Below, piece after piece: positions 48,970-62,633 of a stretch of DNA of 64,000 nt. Source of the DNA: Paragordius varius (Eukaryota > Animalia > Nematomorpha); the NCBI GenBank assembly GCA_964247055.1, contig OZ176059.1:1426001-1490000 (forward strand), in the 5' to 3' direction. The notes beneath the pieces are model-generated. The model made no database searches and had not been told where the DNA came from. It saw only the letters and a program-made list of their open reading frames with translations. The first letter of the stretch is position 1. Every line of letters begins with the position of its first letter. Made by a program: the position numbers and the translations under genes.

Positions 48970-50827
48970 CTCTCTCCTAAAAATCAATAATTTTTCTAGC
49001 GTTATACATTTTTTTTCAATATTTACGCAAAATAATTTTACATATATAAATGTAAAAATTTAATTTTTTTTAGAAAATTACCACGCGTCGCAACAAACTT
49101 TAAGGTCCCTTAAACATGCTTAACAAAACAAAATTGATTTGACAATTAATTATCCATCCATATTTTAAGACAAAATCCTTCTACAAATTAACTATTTTAT
49201 TTGACATATAACTGAAAAAAAATGAAAAAGGTTAATGACATAATGGTATATGGAGAGAAATATTATTTTTTCCAATGGAATTGTGTTTTCGTCTTCCAAA
49301 AAGACGAAATAAAAAATGATGGAAACGCTCTTAAAATTATCAATAGAGTTATTGATTCATCTATCTATCTATTTATCACATAATTGATCAAAACCATATT
49401 CTTTTCACATGATTGAATCATAACTCATAAACAGTAATGAGAACTATTATTAGCCATTTTGCTATTTTAATTGGTTAAAACAGGAATTTAATTTACACGT
49501 CTGCTGCTTGCTTGCCATTTATAAGATTATTTTTCGATTTATCGTCTGCAAATATTTTGAAAAATATAAAGAATAAATGAGATGGCAATCGACATGTAAA
49601 ATTGAACTTTCCTGTTTTTAGCTTAGCCAATTTAAATACTAAAATGGTCAATATATAGCTCTCATTACTGTGCATTACATTCATTATTATCCATATAAGA
49701 TAAAATCAATCTCGTTTCTTCTATAAGGCAGACAACAAAATTAATTGTAATGATTAATATATGGTTTTTTTGCTTGCTTCTCGTTAAAATTGGTAAAAAA
49801 CACAATAAGGTAGAGAATGTGTAACAAATTTAAAGTTTTACTTAGAATAAAAGATATTTTTTGTTAAAAAGAGGAATACCCAAGACAAATGGCTTAGCGG
49901 GTCGCGTTTTCCAATTTAACTCGGCGGGCGGCCTTTTCAAACAGACTTAAATCTCAAAAAAATTTCATACATTATTATTTATGTGACGGAGATATTTGGC
50001 GTTTATATATATTCTATTAAAACTTGGAATAAAGATTAATCGTTTATGTTCAAATATATAAAGTTGAAATTTGAAATATATTTAATTATATGTATTCATA
50101 GAAATCTAATTTTTTGGAACAATAAAATTTTTCCATAAAACCGTGTATTTCGGCATGTTTGAAAAAAATGGAAATATATATATATATATATATATTGGGT
50201 GAAAATATAGGGCCAAAAATATTGAATTGATCGTTTTGGTATAATCCGACTAACTTTTAAAACCGAAAAAACTTGGGGGTTATGTTGTCCATAAGAAAAT
50301 AATTTTGATAAAAAGTGAATTAGTAAATAATATATCAATGAATAATGGTTGAAATGAGCACTATTTATAGACGTATTATCCTTCTTTTAAATGACCAAAT
50401 TGTATTTAGTATATTCATTTCTGTTGCCTTGTATAAGATTTTTCATTTTAATAGTTACATATATCTAATTGAACACTGGATATTTTCGAAAATCGTATAT
50501 AATGGGGTTATTTTTCCTATATGTAACCGGACCTGCATTTTTTAAGATCCTGAAAGAATTGATTTTTCAATCCAAAAATTTTTGAATCTAAATTTAACCA
50601 TAATTGATATGCTTTAATTAATTATGCAAATTTTTATACAATTCGATAGAAAAAGTTTGGCCAGCTTGAAAAATCTAATAAAAATTTAGGGGGTTTAAAA
50701 GCTGTTTCTTATTAATGTTGGAAATAAGATAATAAATTAATTTGTAATAGGGAAAAGTTTTTATAGAATTTAAGATATACATAATTGGTTAGTTTTTATT
50801 CTTTTTTCTCTAACCCTGTTATATACT

Positions 50828-50890
50828 TACCATTTATAATTCAAATACACCCTTGAACAATTCAAATTCACCCTAAAAATAAATTACGTG
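50828..50890. mobile_element. Fold-back MITE, solo left end
   Basis: TACCATTTATAATTCAAATACACCCTTGAACAATTCAAATTCACCCT, then truncated. Confidence 0.7.
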
Positions 50891-51308
50891 GTAAAAATTT
50901 GTGAGTATCCAAGGAGATGTATAGCAATGAATGTTAAAAACTAAAAAGTGCACCAAAAAGCTGATTAACAGTATTTCGCCCAAAAAATTTATTATGAAAA
51001 AAGTAATTTTTACAAACATATATATATATATATATACATAAATTATCCAACATGGCACTACTGCTACTTTAATAATCCATCATATAAATTTTTAATTTTT
51101 TTTCACTTTTGTTTTGTTAATTTAAAAAATTAGCACCCAAAAAAGCTGATTTGGGAGACCAGAATGCAATATAATTAAACACATTCTATAATTTGATATA
51201 TCTTTATTTACTAGTTTTTTAGCCATACAAAAAATATTATAAAAAATGGGGTTTTGATCAAAAATATTTTATCTATAATGCGCGCTTAAAAACCAATGAT
51301 CAGTATTA

Positions 51309-51441
51309 TAGTAGCGTATGGCATAAAACAATATTAATCCATATGGTAAATGTTTTTTAGGGAAAAACAAGGGATATTATGGATATGTAAGAAAATTTTT
51401 ATATTTTTTTATGGACTAATGTTTTATGCCATACGCTACTG
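51309..51441. mobile_element. Small TA-flanked MITE (CAGTAGCGTATGG TIR), copy 2
   Basis: TAGTAGCGTATGGCATAAAACA...TGTTTTATGCCATACGCTACTG|TA. Confidence 0.75.
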
Positions 51442-54400
51442 TATTTCAATCAATCGCTCTGGTTATTAAATTATTTCCCAAAAGATATATATGTCAAATA
51501 AATATGTATATATTTTATATTTAACACTTTCTTACCTTAATTTTTACATAAAGATTATAAAAATATTGGGGTCATTTTTGTCCCATTATAGCAATATGGT
51601 AAAATGAAAAAAGGTATTATGACTAAAATATATAATTATCAAACATCATGAACAAAAATTTTTGATTTAAACTGTCTCAGCCTAAAATTTGGCAGCCCTT
51701 CAAACCAAACACAGCTGATTCTAAAATCAATAATTACTGGGAATTTGCTGTAAAAAAACGTTTAAATTTTAATAATTTTAAATTTAAATTTATAAATATG
51801 TATGCGTATTTTTATTTAGTCAAAAATCCTGGAAAAAAAATATTTGAAAAAAGGATGATTTTACAATTTGCATTTTAAAAATACGCTTTTAAATATTCCG
51901 TTAAAGCAATAAATATTATACACATATTTTGAGTTCGGCCCAATAACCAAGATGTATATAAAAATAATTTTACGGTCATCGGAAAAAAATTTTAAATATT
52001 TATTGTATTGTGCAAATTTCGAAAAACCCTTACACTCTCTACCGTTAAATTTATATTACAAGTGTAAAAAACACCATATATAGTAAAATATAATAAAATG
52101 ATCAGGAATAAAACACATACTTAATAAAGGAAAAATCTTAACTTTTTTTAAAATTAAAGGCCAAAAAACAAAAAATTGCGTCAATTTATAAAGTCAACCA
52201 CCGCAAATATTTGTAGAAAAATAAATTTTATTATATTCTTTGGGGGAACGGTTGTCTAAAAAAAGCTAATAAATCAGCGTCCTAAACTAATGAGTTAATA
52301 AAAAAATTATTCCAAGATTAATCATTGATAAAAAACCAATGTTGTCGAAATTAAGGAATGTGGATTTGAACAAATTATCACTCCGGAAATTTTTTAGCAA
52401 ATCAAAATAACTAATAAAAAGTCTAACAAATACATAATTTCTTTTGAGCATATTTTATATTATATCAAAATTAAAAAATTGGTTCTTATAATTTAAACGG
52501 TTTTAATTTTTGTAGCCCTAAAAAGTTTTTGAAGCTTTAAGGCGATAAAATTTAAGCTGGGCCTGATATATCAGCTGATTGATTAACTATTATATATAAT
52601 AAAAAATAAGTAAAATATTAAATAAAATATATATATAATATTTATATATATATATATATATATAAATATATTTATATATAAATATATATATATTCTATCC
52701 GTACAACAATTATTGATTTTATAAACTAAACCCTCCTCTCCCCACTATATAGTAAAAGATATATTTGTATACAAACACCACGAATATATTTAAGATGAAA
52801 AAAAAGTACAAAAAAAATAAAATATGTAATACAACATCTATCTTTTCAACATACATTTTTATAATATTTAATAAATTAAAAATATTTTTACATAAATAGT
52901 TTATATGATAAATTATATTAATAAAATTATTACAAAATATAAAGTACAAGCCTCTTATGTCCGAAAAATTTCGTATAAAATTTGTAAAAATCATGTTTTT
53001 AAGAAATAATAAATTTAAAAAAATTGTAACATACTTTATAAGAATGAGGAATATTAAATGTCTTCAGATTAAGCTAAAAACTATAGGAAATCCGTCGAGT
53101 TTTAAATTTTTAAAAATGACTACCAATCAAAAACATATGGTCTTGTAGTTGATAAAGGCATAAAAGAATGCGTGCAAATAATGCGCATCATAAAATATGT
53201 AGGTTTTTAAAATAATATTTATCAAAGGTCTATTCCCAATTTAAACAAATATGAAGATGCGGTAATTTATCGTCATTTTTAAATATATTCCCTTCTTATT
53301 ATATTATGGCTAGGTTATAACTATAGAGATCGAAATTAAATTATCATTAATTATGTACATGGCAGACAAATATTATTTTAAATGGAATGGATAATTATAT
53401 TATAAGGGTTTTATTAAAAACGTAAAAAGAAAAGATTTTGCCCTTTAGGGGTAATTTATCATATTAAAAAATTGAGAATGCGCACATTGAGGTAAAAATT
53501 ATGGTGACTTGATTCCAAAACATATCATTTAAATATATCAAACAGTAAATTTGCAAAACATTTTTATAATAGTTTTTAAATGTAGGACCCAAAATTTTTG
53601 CAATTTTAAGCCTCTCAGATTATCTTAAAAAACAAAAATCCCGAGGTTTGGCAATATATATATGGTAGATTATGACATAAATTTCATAAAAAAATTGCTT
53701 ATAATTTAATCAGTAAAGCTTTCCATACTTTCTGGTATTTTGTATGACACCGCGTTCAAAATCGGGACAATATCCTGATAAAATATATTATAGAATGGAA
53801 GAAAAATATATCAGGATTTTCATTGTGCCTTTGGTTTAGCCTTTACGTGATATTAGTGAGCAATTATCACTTTTGTAACTGCTTTATAGGGAGAAGAGCA
53901 TAATTTGCTTTTAAATAAAATTTTTCGGTGAAAGTTAATTCTATTTCAAAATATAACAATAAAATATATCACCTAAATAAAAAATGAAATAAAATGTATA
54001 AAAATTTAATATTTACATGTGAACTCTGAATGTTTAAATTTTTCAGCCCTTCTAGGATTATCTAGCTATCTAAAACAAATGCATAGATGCTAAAATTCGG
54101 CGAAAATTTAGATGTATGCAAAATTTTTAAAAGTTTTTTCGAAAAAATATTTTTCCTTCAAAATTTAAATTTATCTAAATTTTATTAAAAGTGGACTATG
54201 ATGTAAACGGTATAAGAACAGTTAAAGGATTACACAAAATGAGTTTTCTTATATTATTTGATGTTAAAATTTTCTATTATCTCAGAATTTAATTTAAAGG
54301 TTCGTTGGGGTTTAAATTTAAGTGAATTTATGAAAAAACTTCCATATCAAACAAAAACATGATTACGAACAAATTATTTGATAAAAGTTCTCGGGTTTAA

Positions 54401-55008
54401 ATTGCACAGTATCCAATATAAATATTATTTTACCAAGGATTTATACTCTTTGCTACATCCTTCAAATACCTAAAACCCTCTTTACCAAAATGTTGCTATA
54501 AATAAAATTTTAAGGAACTTGTGAATGCTAAAACTTAACAAATCTCGGCATTTTTGTTGTAAAATAAAACTTGATGACATTTTGGGGTTTTATATCCTAT
54601 AAATATTTGTATCTTAAAAAATATTTTTATCATTGGTATTTTACTGCCTTCTCTAACTTTTTAGGCGGATAAAAATTTTTAAATATAAAATTGTTAAAAA
54701 TCATCATCTCAAACCTTTTCGCCGCCATTTTTAACGCAAATAATCAACTTTAGTTAGGTTTTACCTTTTACCAGAAAAGATATTTATTGATCTCGAAATC
54801 AGCTGTTTATATCAACCCTGTTTTGAAGTTGTCCCAATTTTAGACTCTAAAAGATACACAACTGTAAAAAACTATTTTTTTTATCTAATACAGAAGAACA
54901 ATGTTTTATGATTGAATTTTAATAAAACAATTTATTCCAAGATTAATCTATGGAAACCACCCCTACATATATTCCGTGCAAAAAAGTTAAGAGGCCATGA
55001 AGTGTTAA

Positions 55009-55514
55009 AACATGGATACAACACATTCATTTCAATCCTTCGATTTTAGTCGTTAGATACCCCAGACGGCCTCTTCAAAATAAAATACTTCAAAAAATTT
55101 GGAATGGATTCAAACCAAGGAAATTGTTTGCAGAGCCGAAATGTAAAAAAAAATTCAACTTGATATACTTATTTTAAGGTCACACCAAAGATAAAAATTA
55201 GTCAACTGTGGGTATTAGCTAAATTAAAAAATAATATAAAATAAACCACTTTTTTTGTTTATATTAATATTAAAAAAAAATTAGCGTTTGAATCAAATAA
55301 ACACGATATTTTGCAAAAATATTGTATTATGGCGTCGAAGAAGTTTGATATAAAAATTTTAAAAACTAAATTTTATTTAGATATTTCGGCTTATTTATAT
55401 AATTTTTATTAGAATTGAGGTATAATTTTAAATTGGCACCGTTTCTTTCAGTAGTTTTTTAAAAAATCAACTTAATATAGTATAAATTATTTAGACCCAA
55501 TATGAATCGAAGTG
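55009..55514. mobile_element. TTAA-specific MITE, copy 4
   Basis: TTAA|AACATGGATAC...AATCGAAGTG|TTAA, colinear with 26059-26618. Confidence 0.72.
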
Positions 55515-56273
55515 TTAAGATAACTAGGCCATTTTAGAAGGGCCGAAAATTTTCAGATTTTGGGAGCCTTCAGCTTTTTATATGTAGTTTATGATATTTA
55601 TTAGTGGTATATTTTGGAATAAAGCATTCCTTTTCACCGTGTAATCTAACAAAACGTGAGCAAATTTTTCCATTTTCCGATATGGAGCAATTACCCGAGA
55701 CCCTAACCCTAAAAGAGTATTTTTTTTAACAATTTTAAGTTTCGATCCCCGTATACAATTACAAAAATATAAAAATCTCATGAAATGTTAAATCACTTTT
55801 ACCTCAGACTTTTGATTAAAACTTTTGTTCGTTTTTATATTTAAATAGGTTTTTTGTAAAAAACACAATTTATATTTTAGTAAAATTTGTAGGATAAATC
55901 TTTTAATCAAATTTTTGAGAGAAATAAATGTTCAGTAACATCAAATTATATTGAATGTTTTCTACCTCACGATGCCCTAAGATACATTCAATCAAACACA
56001 AAAATTAATTTTTTTAATATAGTAATTTACAATATCTTAATACTTATCGTTGGTTATATATAATATTTACTATCTCAAACTTCAGCCCGACAACTCTTTG
56101 TATTTTTTTAGCTAGGTAAAAAAGTAAATGAACATATTATGGTTAATTAATAAAATTAAAATTTTTTAATGTTTTCATTTTGAAAAAATCTAATTATATT
56201 CGATTGTTTGTTTCAAGTGTAATTGAATATTATAATGTTAAACTCTAGATTAAAGGTGTTGATGTAATAAATC

Positions 56274-56309
<36 letters not shown>

Positions 56310-56695
56310 ACACTTTGTTGACTAAATATTTTGCCTTAAAAGCATATGATTCACCCGTCGGTAACTAAGATGATTAAAAATATGTTTAAAACGGTGGTGA
56401 TTGAAACCGCTTATAAATATGACATATAGGTTAATCACTTTATATTGATATATAGTAAATTAATAAAGAAAATTCAAAATTTTTTATAATTATCAGTGTC
56501 TATGAATTTATTTATTGTAGCTATTTAACACGTCTTTATAGCTTTTCACATTTTGTCCGCAATGTATTGGGGTAGTTTTAGGCTCAGTGCTGATTTTGTA
56601 AATAAACTACTGCTTTAAAAGTTTTAGTTTTAATTTAATTATCAAACATCTTGTATAGATATAGAAAAACTTTTACAGTTTTTAAACTTCTAGAG

Positions 56696-56930
56696 CAGGG
56701 GTGCTGAACACAAAGCTTCGCAGGCCGCATTTGAAATTTATATTGGTATTATAAATATTTTATTAGGTTTCAAACATAAGACTGTAAAATGTTTTCTAGT
56801 TGTTGCGAATTGTAAAATGTTATTCAGGACGTTCGTAATATCTTTTTTGCAAATTATGGATTTCCAAATAGTTCGTGGCAGATAATATTTTAGAGAGGCG
56901 AATGCGGCCCGCTGTCTGTGTTGGATACCT
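56696..56930. mobile_element. hAT (Charlie/Buster-like) MITE
   Basis: Left end CAGGGGTGCTGAAC...GCAGGCCGCATT; right end AATGCGGCCCGC...GTTGGATACC. Confidence 0.55.
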
Positions 56931-57544
56931 TTTTTAAACTTTGATTGGGACAGATCCAAAACACGAATGAAATAAATAGGTGGTTTTAAACATATGTTAA
57001 GTTTTTGCCATGTTGCCTTAAAACTTGTTAAAATAATTATTTGCATTTTTTAACCATAATATACATTTATTTGCTTGTTGTATTAGCGTTTTAAAATATT
57101 TATATAACAAATGGCAGATAAAGTTAGAAACGAAGATTTTTTTATATTACATTTTTAAAATATTTTTAAATTAAGCATGTGCCTTAAAAGCTAAAAAAAG
57201 CATATTTTCAAATTCAGCCGTATACCTTAACTTAATAAGATATTCATTTCAAATCGTTCTGGGATTTAAAACTACCCCAAAAACTCATGTATTAAACCAG
57301 TTAAAGACTAACATTTGGCCTTCAACTTATAATTATAAAATATATAAAATCAGCATAAAAAATACCAGTTTTATCATGAAGCTTTAGTTTTGGCCCTTAT
57401 TTAAAAATATACACAATTTTTTTTCTGCATCATAAACATCAGATTTTGTAGCTAAAGTTTTTTTGGTGACTAAATACTCTATTTCAACATCAGTAATATA
57501 CATTAAAAACTATATATAGAAAACAAGACAATATTTTCGATAAT

Positions 57545-58550
57545 TTAAATTTAGATAGGGCCGTCAAAAGTCTAAAATTTTTATGTTCTTCTAAATGGGG
57601 TAGGTCTCTTAAATAAAGTGTTTTGATGCTAAATTTTATGAAAATATTTAAAAAAATGAAGATTTTAAAATTTAATTTTTAGTTAAGTTTTTTGAATTTA
57701 TACTATTTAGAGGCATAATGGAAACTATATAACAACGCTTTAAGAAAAATACTTTTTTATATAAAGTGGAACATTTTTATTGCTTTAGGATTTAAATTTA
57801 AAGGTTTGTTGGCTTTCAAATTTGGTGAATATTTGTAAAAAAAATTACAATAATAATCTGAGATTGTAATGTAAATCCCTATAGATTTATAAGATGAAGT
57901 GTTCTTAAATATCTTAAGGCGTTTTTGTACCGTTTCCATCATGCCTCAAAATCGTATGAAATACGCTTTAACAAATTTTGAGATATTTATATATTTATAA
58001 AAAGTATATATTTTAAATAACATTTTTAGATGATATCAATTTAGTTTATGTTTAAGTATTTAATCGCTTAATATCGGCATTTTTGAGTGAATTTTAAAAG
58101 GAGTTCATTTGGGAAAGGCGAAAAAATTTGGGACTTTCGGAGCCCACATCTTACAACTAAATTTTTTAAAAATAATGTTTGGTTTTTATATGTAATTTAC
58201 CATTTTTTTAATTTTGTCTTTATTTTTTTTCTTTATCCTGAAAAAGGTTATACAAATATAACCGAAAATTAAATATTTATTAAATAAATTTAATATTTAT
58301 TTTTTAAAAATCATTTATGCGCGTTTTTGCCATTCACTATAACTTGATTTATAAATGCATTATTCCTTACCTTTTTTATTTTGTGATATTGTTTGGAATG
58401 AAGCATTTAGCTTTCACTAAATATTAATTAATAAAAAATGTGCGCAAATTTTTACATTTTCTGATATGGAGCATTACCACAAAAGTATAGCACTCGTAAG
58501 GTCCAAAATCAAAAACACCATGATAATCCTAATACATTTTCCTTTCGGAA
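57545..58550. repeat. Unclassified dispersed repeat (GGGACTTTCGGAGCCCACATCT family)
   Basis: Longest copy of the family also seen at ~28100, ~32870 and ~26000. Confidence 0.6.
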
Positions 58551-59401
58551 TGTATGCTTCTCATTAAGATATTTTTGTGAACACTGTGTAATTCGCTGAA
58601 TGAACATTTCTACAACCTTAGAAATTTGAACGTTTGTTTGTTTTCAAATTTGGGTGATTAACAATAAAACGAATCATAAACATTAATTAGGACTAAAAAT
58701 ATTTTAATCAATATCCATACTTCAAAAAAATGAAGGACGCTTAAAATTTTGCTAAAAATTTATTGGACAATGCATTATTGCAAAAAAATTTGATGCCATA
58801 ATCTAGCATGTATTAAATAAATTTTTACGAACTCACTATTTTTGGATTATAAGTGACTATATTTTAGGAAGTTAAAAATTTGGGTTGGGAGCCCACATTT
58901 AAATTTTTAAATATTGTTTGCTTTTAATATATATTTTATACATTTTAGTCATATTTTCTGGAAATAATTATGGCCGCACAAACCATAAGTGCATACAGCT
59001 TTCTTATATTACTCATCCTTAATCAAAAACACTGTGAGAATCCTGATGCAATTTTACTGGATTATATAAATTTCATCCGGATATATGTTTGTATATTCAT
59101 AAAATGCAAAATACTGTCGTTGAAACAATTTTTTGTAAATTGTCCCCCAGTCAAATTTAATATACAAAATTTCCTATATATGAATGCGTCAAGAAGTGGG
59201 ATGGAGCCACTTATTTGACTAACAATGAGTCGCTCCACTGATTAAAAACTGGGGTTAGATATGTTCAAGCATTTTTCCACAAAAAGGGGCCCATTTAAAT
59301 TGAATAATATAAATTATTATCTTTTTATGATTGTAGCGAACATAGTCGAAAATTTTGAATTAATTCTTATGTTTACCCACTCTCTCCGCAAAATTTATGT
59401 A

Positions 59402-59796
59402 TACCATTTACAATTCAAATTCACCCTTAAACAATTCAAATTCACCCTTGAACAATTCAAATTCACCCTTAAACAATTCAAATTCGCCCTTAAACAATTC
59501 AAATTCACCCTCAAATAAAATATATGTTTTTAGATTAAAAATTACCCAATATTTTTATATATTTTTAAAAAATAAAAATTTTGTTTTAAATTTAAATAAT
59601 ACTGAAAAAATAATAAACTATGCCATAAAGATATATTTCTCATTAATAATGAGTTATATTAGTTCGAAAACACATAATTTATTTTTAGGGTGAATTTGAA
59701 TTGTTCAAGGGTGAATTTGAATTGTTCGAGGGTGAATTTGAATTGTTCAAGGGTGAATTTGAATTGTTTAAGGGTGAATTTGAACTGTAAATGGTA
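59402..59796. mobile_element. Fold-back MITE, best-preserved copy (5+5 modules)
   Basis: TA|TACCATTTAC-(AACAATTCAAATTCACCCTT[A/G])x5 ... (AAGGGTGAATTTGAATTGTT[C/T])x5-GTAAATGGTA|TA; arms ~130 bp, core ~150 bp. Confidence 0.92.
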
Positions 59797-60209
59797 TATT
59801 TTGACAATTTTCAAATAATGTATATAAAGGTAAAGACGTTATATTTTTTAAACTTGCGGTAATTTTAAAACTATCACAAGCATCTGTCTGATTACTTTTA
59901 AATTAAAATAAATTAAATTTAAGAGCTTATTTATGGTGATAAATTAATTGGTGAAATGAAAAACAGGCATAGGGATGCAAAAGACATTTACATCCAAAAA
60001 TTATTTAAAACAATGTGGTTTTTATATGAAAAAAAAACATTCATATACGTACGCATACATTACAATTTAAACAAGATTCACCGTTAACAACTAACAATTA
60101 GGCATTAAATATTCCCGAAGATCAAACTACCAAAATATTTTTATAATCAAATTATTATTTTTTTGTACATATATAAAATTTGATATTTCATGCTATGCAT
60201 CCACATTCA

Positions 60210-62003
60210 TCATCGTTTTTTGTATAAAAAGGGTTTGAGCAACAATTCATTCTGAGACTTTTTGGTTGCCGTTTTTATGAAAACCAAAATCCAAAAGCAA
60301 TCGTTAGATTGATCCTAGCATATATAACATGGATAAATTTAATTCATAAAATAAAAATGAAAGTTACAAAATAACTAAAAATATTATAACGTTGCATATT
60401 GGTAATTAAGATGAATATATCCTATTGACTTTTTTGTAATAAATATCTAGTTTTAGAAACCGTTATACAACAATAAAAAAATCCTAATTTTACCTTTTGA
60501 TCTATGGTAAAACCAAATTTTTCCATCACGTTAAGAAATCGGGTAAGTTTTTCAAACCTACTGGCTAATTCGGCAATATAGAGTTTACCCCTTATATAAA
60601 ATAATAACAGTAGTTAAATATGAATTTAATAATTATACATACATGAAAGTAATGTAAAAATACTTATTATATATACCATTTATCTTCAAATTCAATCTTA
60701 CATCCTAAAATAAATTATGTGTTTTTAAAATTAAAAATTAACTGTTTTTTTTATATTTTTAAAAAATGAAATTACGTTTAAAGTTTAATATAAAGCTGAA
60801 AAAAATAATAAACTATGTCGTAAAAATATATTTCTTATTAATGATGAGTTATGATATCCCAAAAACACAAAATTTATTTTTAGGGTAAATTTGAATTGTT
60901 CAAGGGTAAATTCAAATTGTTCAAGAATGAATTTAAGTTGTTAAATGGTATATATAAAATTACCCCCTTTTTAAAATGCGATTAGCTTCAGTAATGTAAG
61001 GTGTAATATTGGTACCGAGTAGGGAAAGACAAAAGACTACAATATCGACTGATTTTGAATCTAAGGGTACCTAAATTTTATTATTAAATTATCATTTAAC
61101 ATATTTTTCATTTATAAAAAATAAATTTGGTAGATGCCACAATATTGAACTACATAGCATATTTGTTTTATAAAATACATAGTTTTTTGCAAAAATATAA
61201 GCCGCTTAATTATGCCAAAAATTCATGACATAAAAATCAAATTTTAAAATCATTCTCCATGAAGAACATACGATAAATTATAGATAATTAACTTTAAATA
61301 TCAGTATTATGCCTATTTAAGCGGATAAGTTTTTGAACAAAAAGCTCTTAAATCCAACACTTTTTGAGTGCATTAAAATAATTTTTAGTAAAAGAAACAT
61401 GTTAAATGATACCTACCTTTGACATTTCACATTGTGTAACAAGAGGATTTGTAGAAACCAAATCAAATGAGTGTATTTTAGCAAATTTTTTGGAAAGTTT
61501 TTGTGCAATAAAGGCCTGCTCACCACAACCCATATCGGCTAAAATCAAATTTTTAGGCCTATAAATTAAAATAAAAAAAATTACTCATTATTTTTCAACA
61601 AATAAATTATTTTTTCGACAGGTTTTTCCGGCCAATTTGCTTGTAATGTGGTATAAGTTTTGTGATATAGCTTAAATGAATCCGGATGTGTGCGAAAATA
61701 TGATTTTAATTTGGAAGGTGGTAGAGTGCATAATTTTTGGTTCATAAGTCGGAATTGGGCGGCATCAAGTTTTTTTAAGAGTCTCTCACGTAATCCGGTT
61801 GATAGCTCATTTTTCTCTACATCATCCATAACAATTGTATTGAGGACTGATAAATTTTTGGGTTTAAATTTTTTCACATTGTTTTGAAATTTTGTTGGTG
61901 TGTTATGCTTGGCAAAATTATGCATAGTATGCTCATATTTATCGTTGTTTTCAAATAAACTTGCTAATCTTGCTTGTTTAAAGTGAGCGCTTATGGGTAA
62001 CAT
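60210..62003 (-). CDS. RRP8: Ribosomal RNA-processing protein 8 / nucleomethylin (rRNA m1A methyltransferase), 289 aa, 5 exons
   Basis: Exons 61585-62003, 61417-61558, 60964-61070, 60494-60590, 60210-60314 (870 nt). Motifs [68 protein letters not shown] and the C-terminal LKPFLYKKR. Confidence 0.93.
60674..60950. mobile_element. Fold-back MITE (21-bp-module family)
   Basis: TATATACCATTTA left end and TTAAATGGTATATA right end; 13 nt from the RRP8 intron 3 donor. Confidence 0.85.
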
Positions 62004-62633
62004 GTGTATTGTGTTACATGCATTTAAGGGAAAGTTTCAAAAAGTTGAATATTTAAGGATGGCGAGGTGATATTAACTAAGATATGTTAGAATCCTATAC
62101 AATTTTTATAAAACTATAAGTAGAGACAAAATAATATTTGATAAAATTGAAAAGAATAGCAGCGATTGTCAAATATTTTAAACCGGTAAAAAGATTCAGG
62201 AAAATGCTGTATGTAGATTATGCGAGGATAAAACAGGGTTTAACAGTCAAGCGCAAACTTAAAATGGTTTAAATGATATAGAAATCTAAAAAGATGGCCG
62301 AAAATTTGTGAATAGATTTATATAATAGAGCTAATTATATTTTGTTACTCCCATTTATGCTAAATATATCTGCGCAGAATTTAGACTTCGAATATGGTTA
62401 TTATATATTACTCGTTTTGTACGTAACTTTGTACTATAATACGGTTGTCATAATAATTTCCCAAAATAATTTTAGGGGTAAGAAGCTAATTTTAATCATA
62501 TTATAATATTTATAGAACCCTATGCAAACAAATTAATTTTTCGCTATGCATAAAATTTTTTTTGATTCTAATCATTTTTTAATCCAATTTTTTTAAATTT
62601 ATGATTTATTTAAAAATAAATTTGAAATTGTAA

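Noticed and set aside
52615-52695. AT-only quasi-palindrome as a functional cruciform or origin
   Set aside because: Explained by degenerate (TA)n microsatellite sequence, which is common throughout the window.
59261-59796. 21-bp tandem repeats as a CRISPR array, or ORFs with NNSNSPL / FKFTLKQ heptads (also 17474-17683 and 38995-39258) as repeat proteins
   Set aside because: There are no unique spacers and the context is eukaryotic. The heptad ORFs are simply readings of the MITE's 21-bp modules.
61581-61586. Stop-codon readthrough or a variant genetic code to explain in-frame TAA in RRP8, UBL5 and TRMT112
   Set aside because: Removing canonical GT-AG mini-introns restores exact homologous spacing, and all six genes end in standard TAA/TGA.
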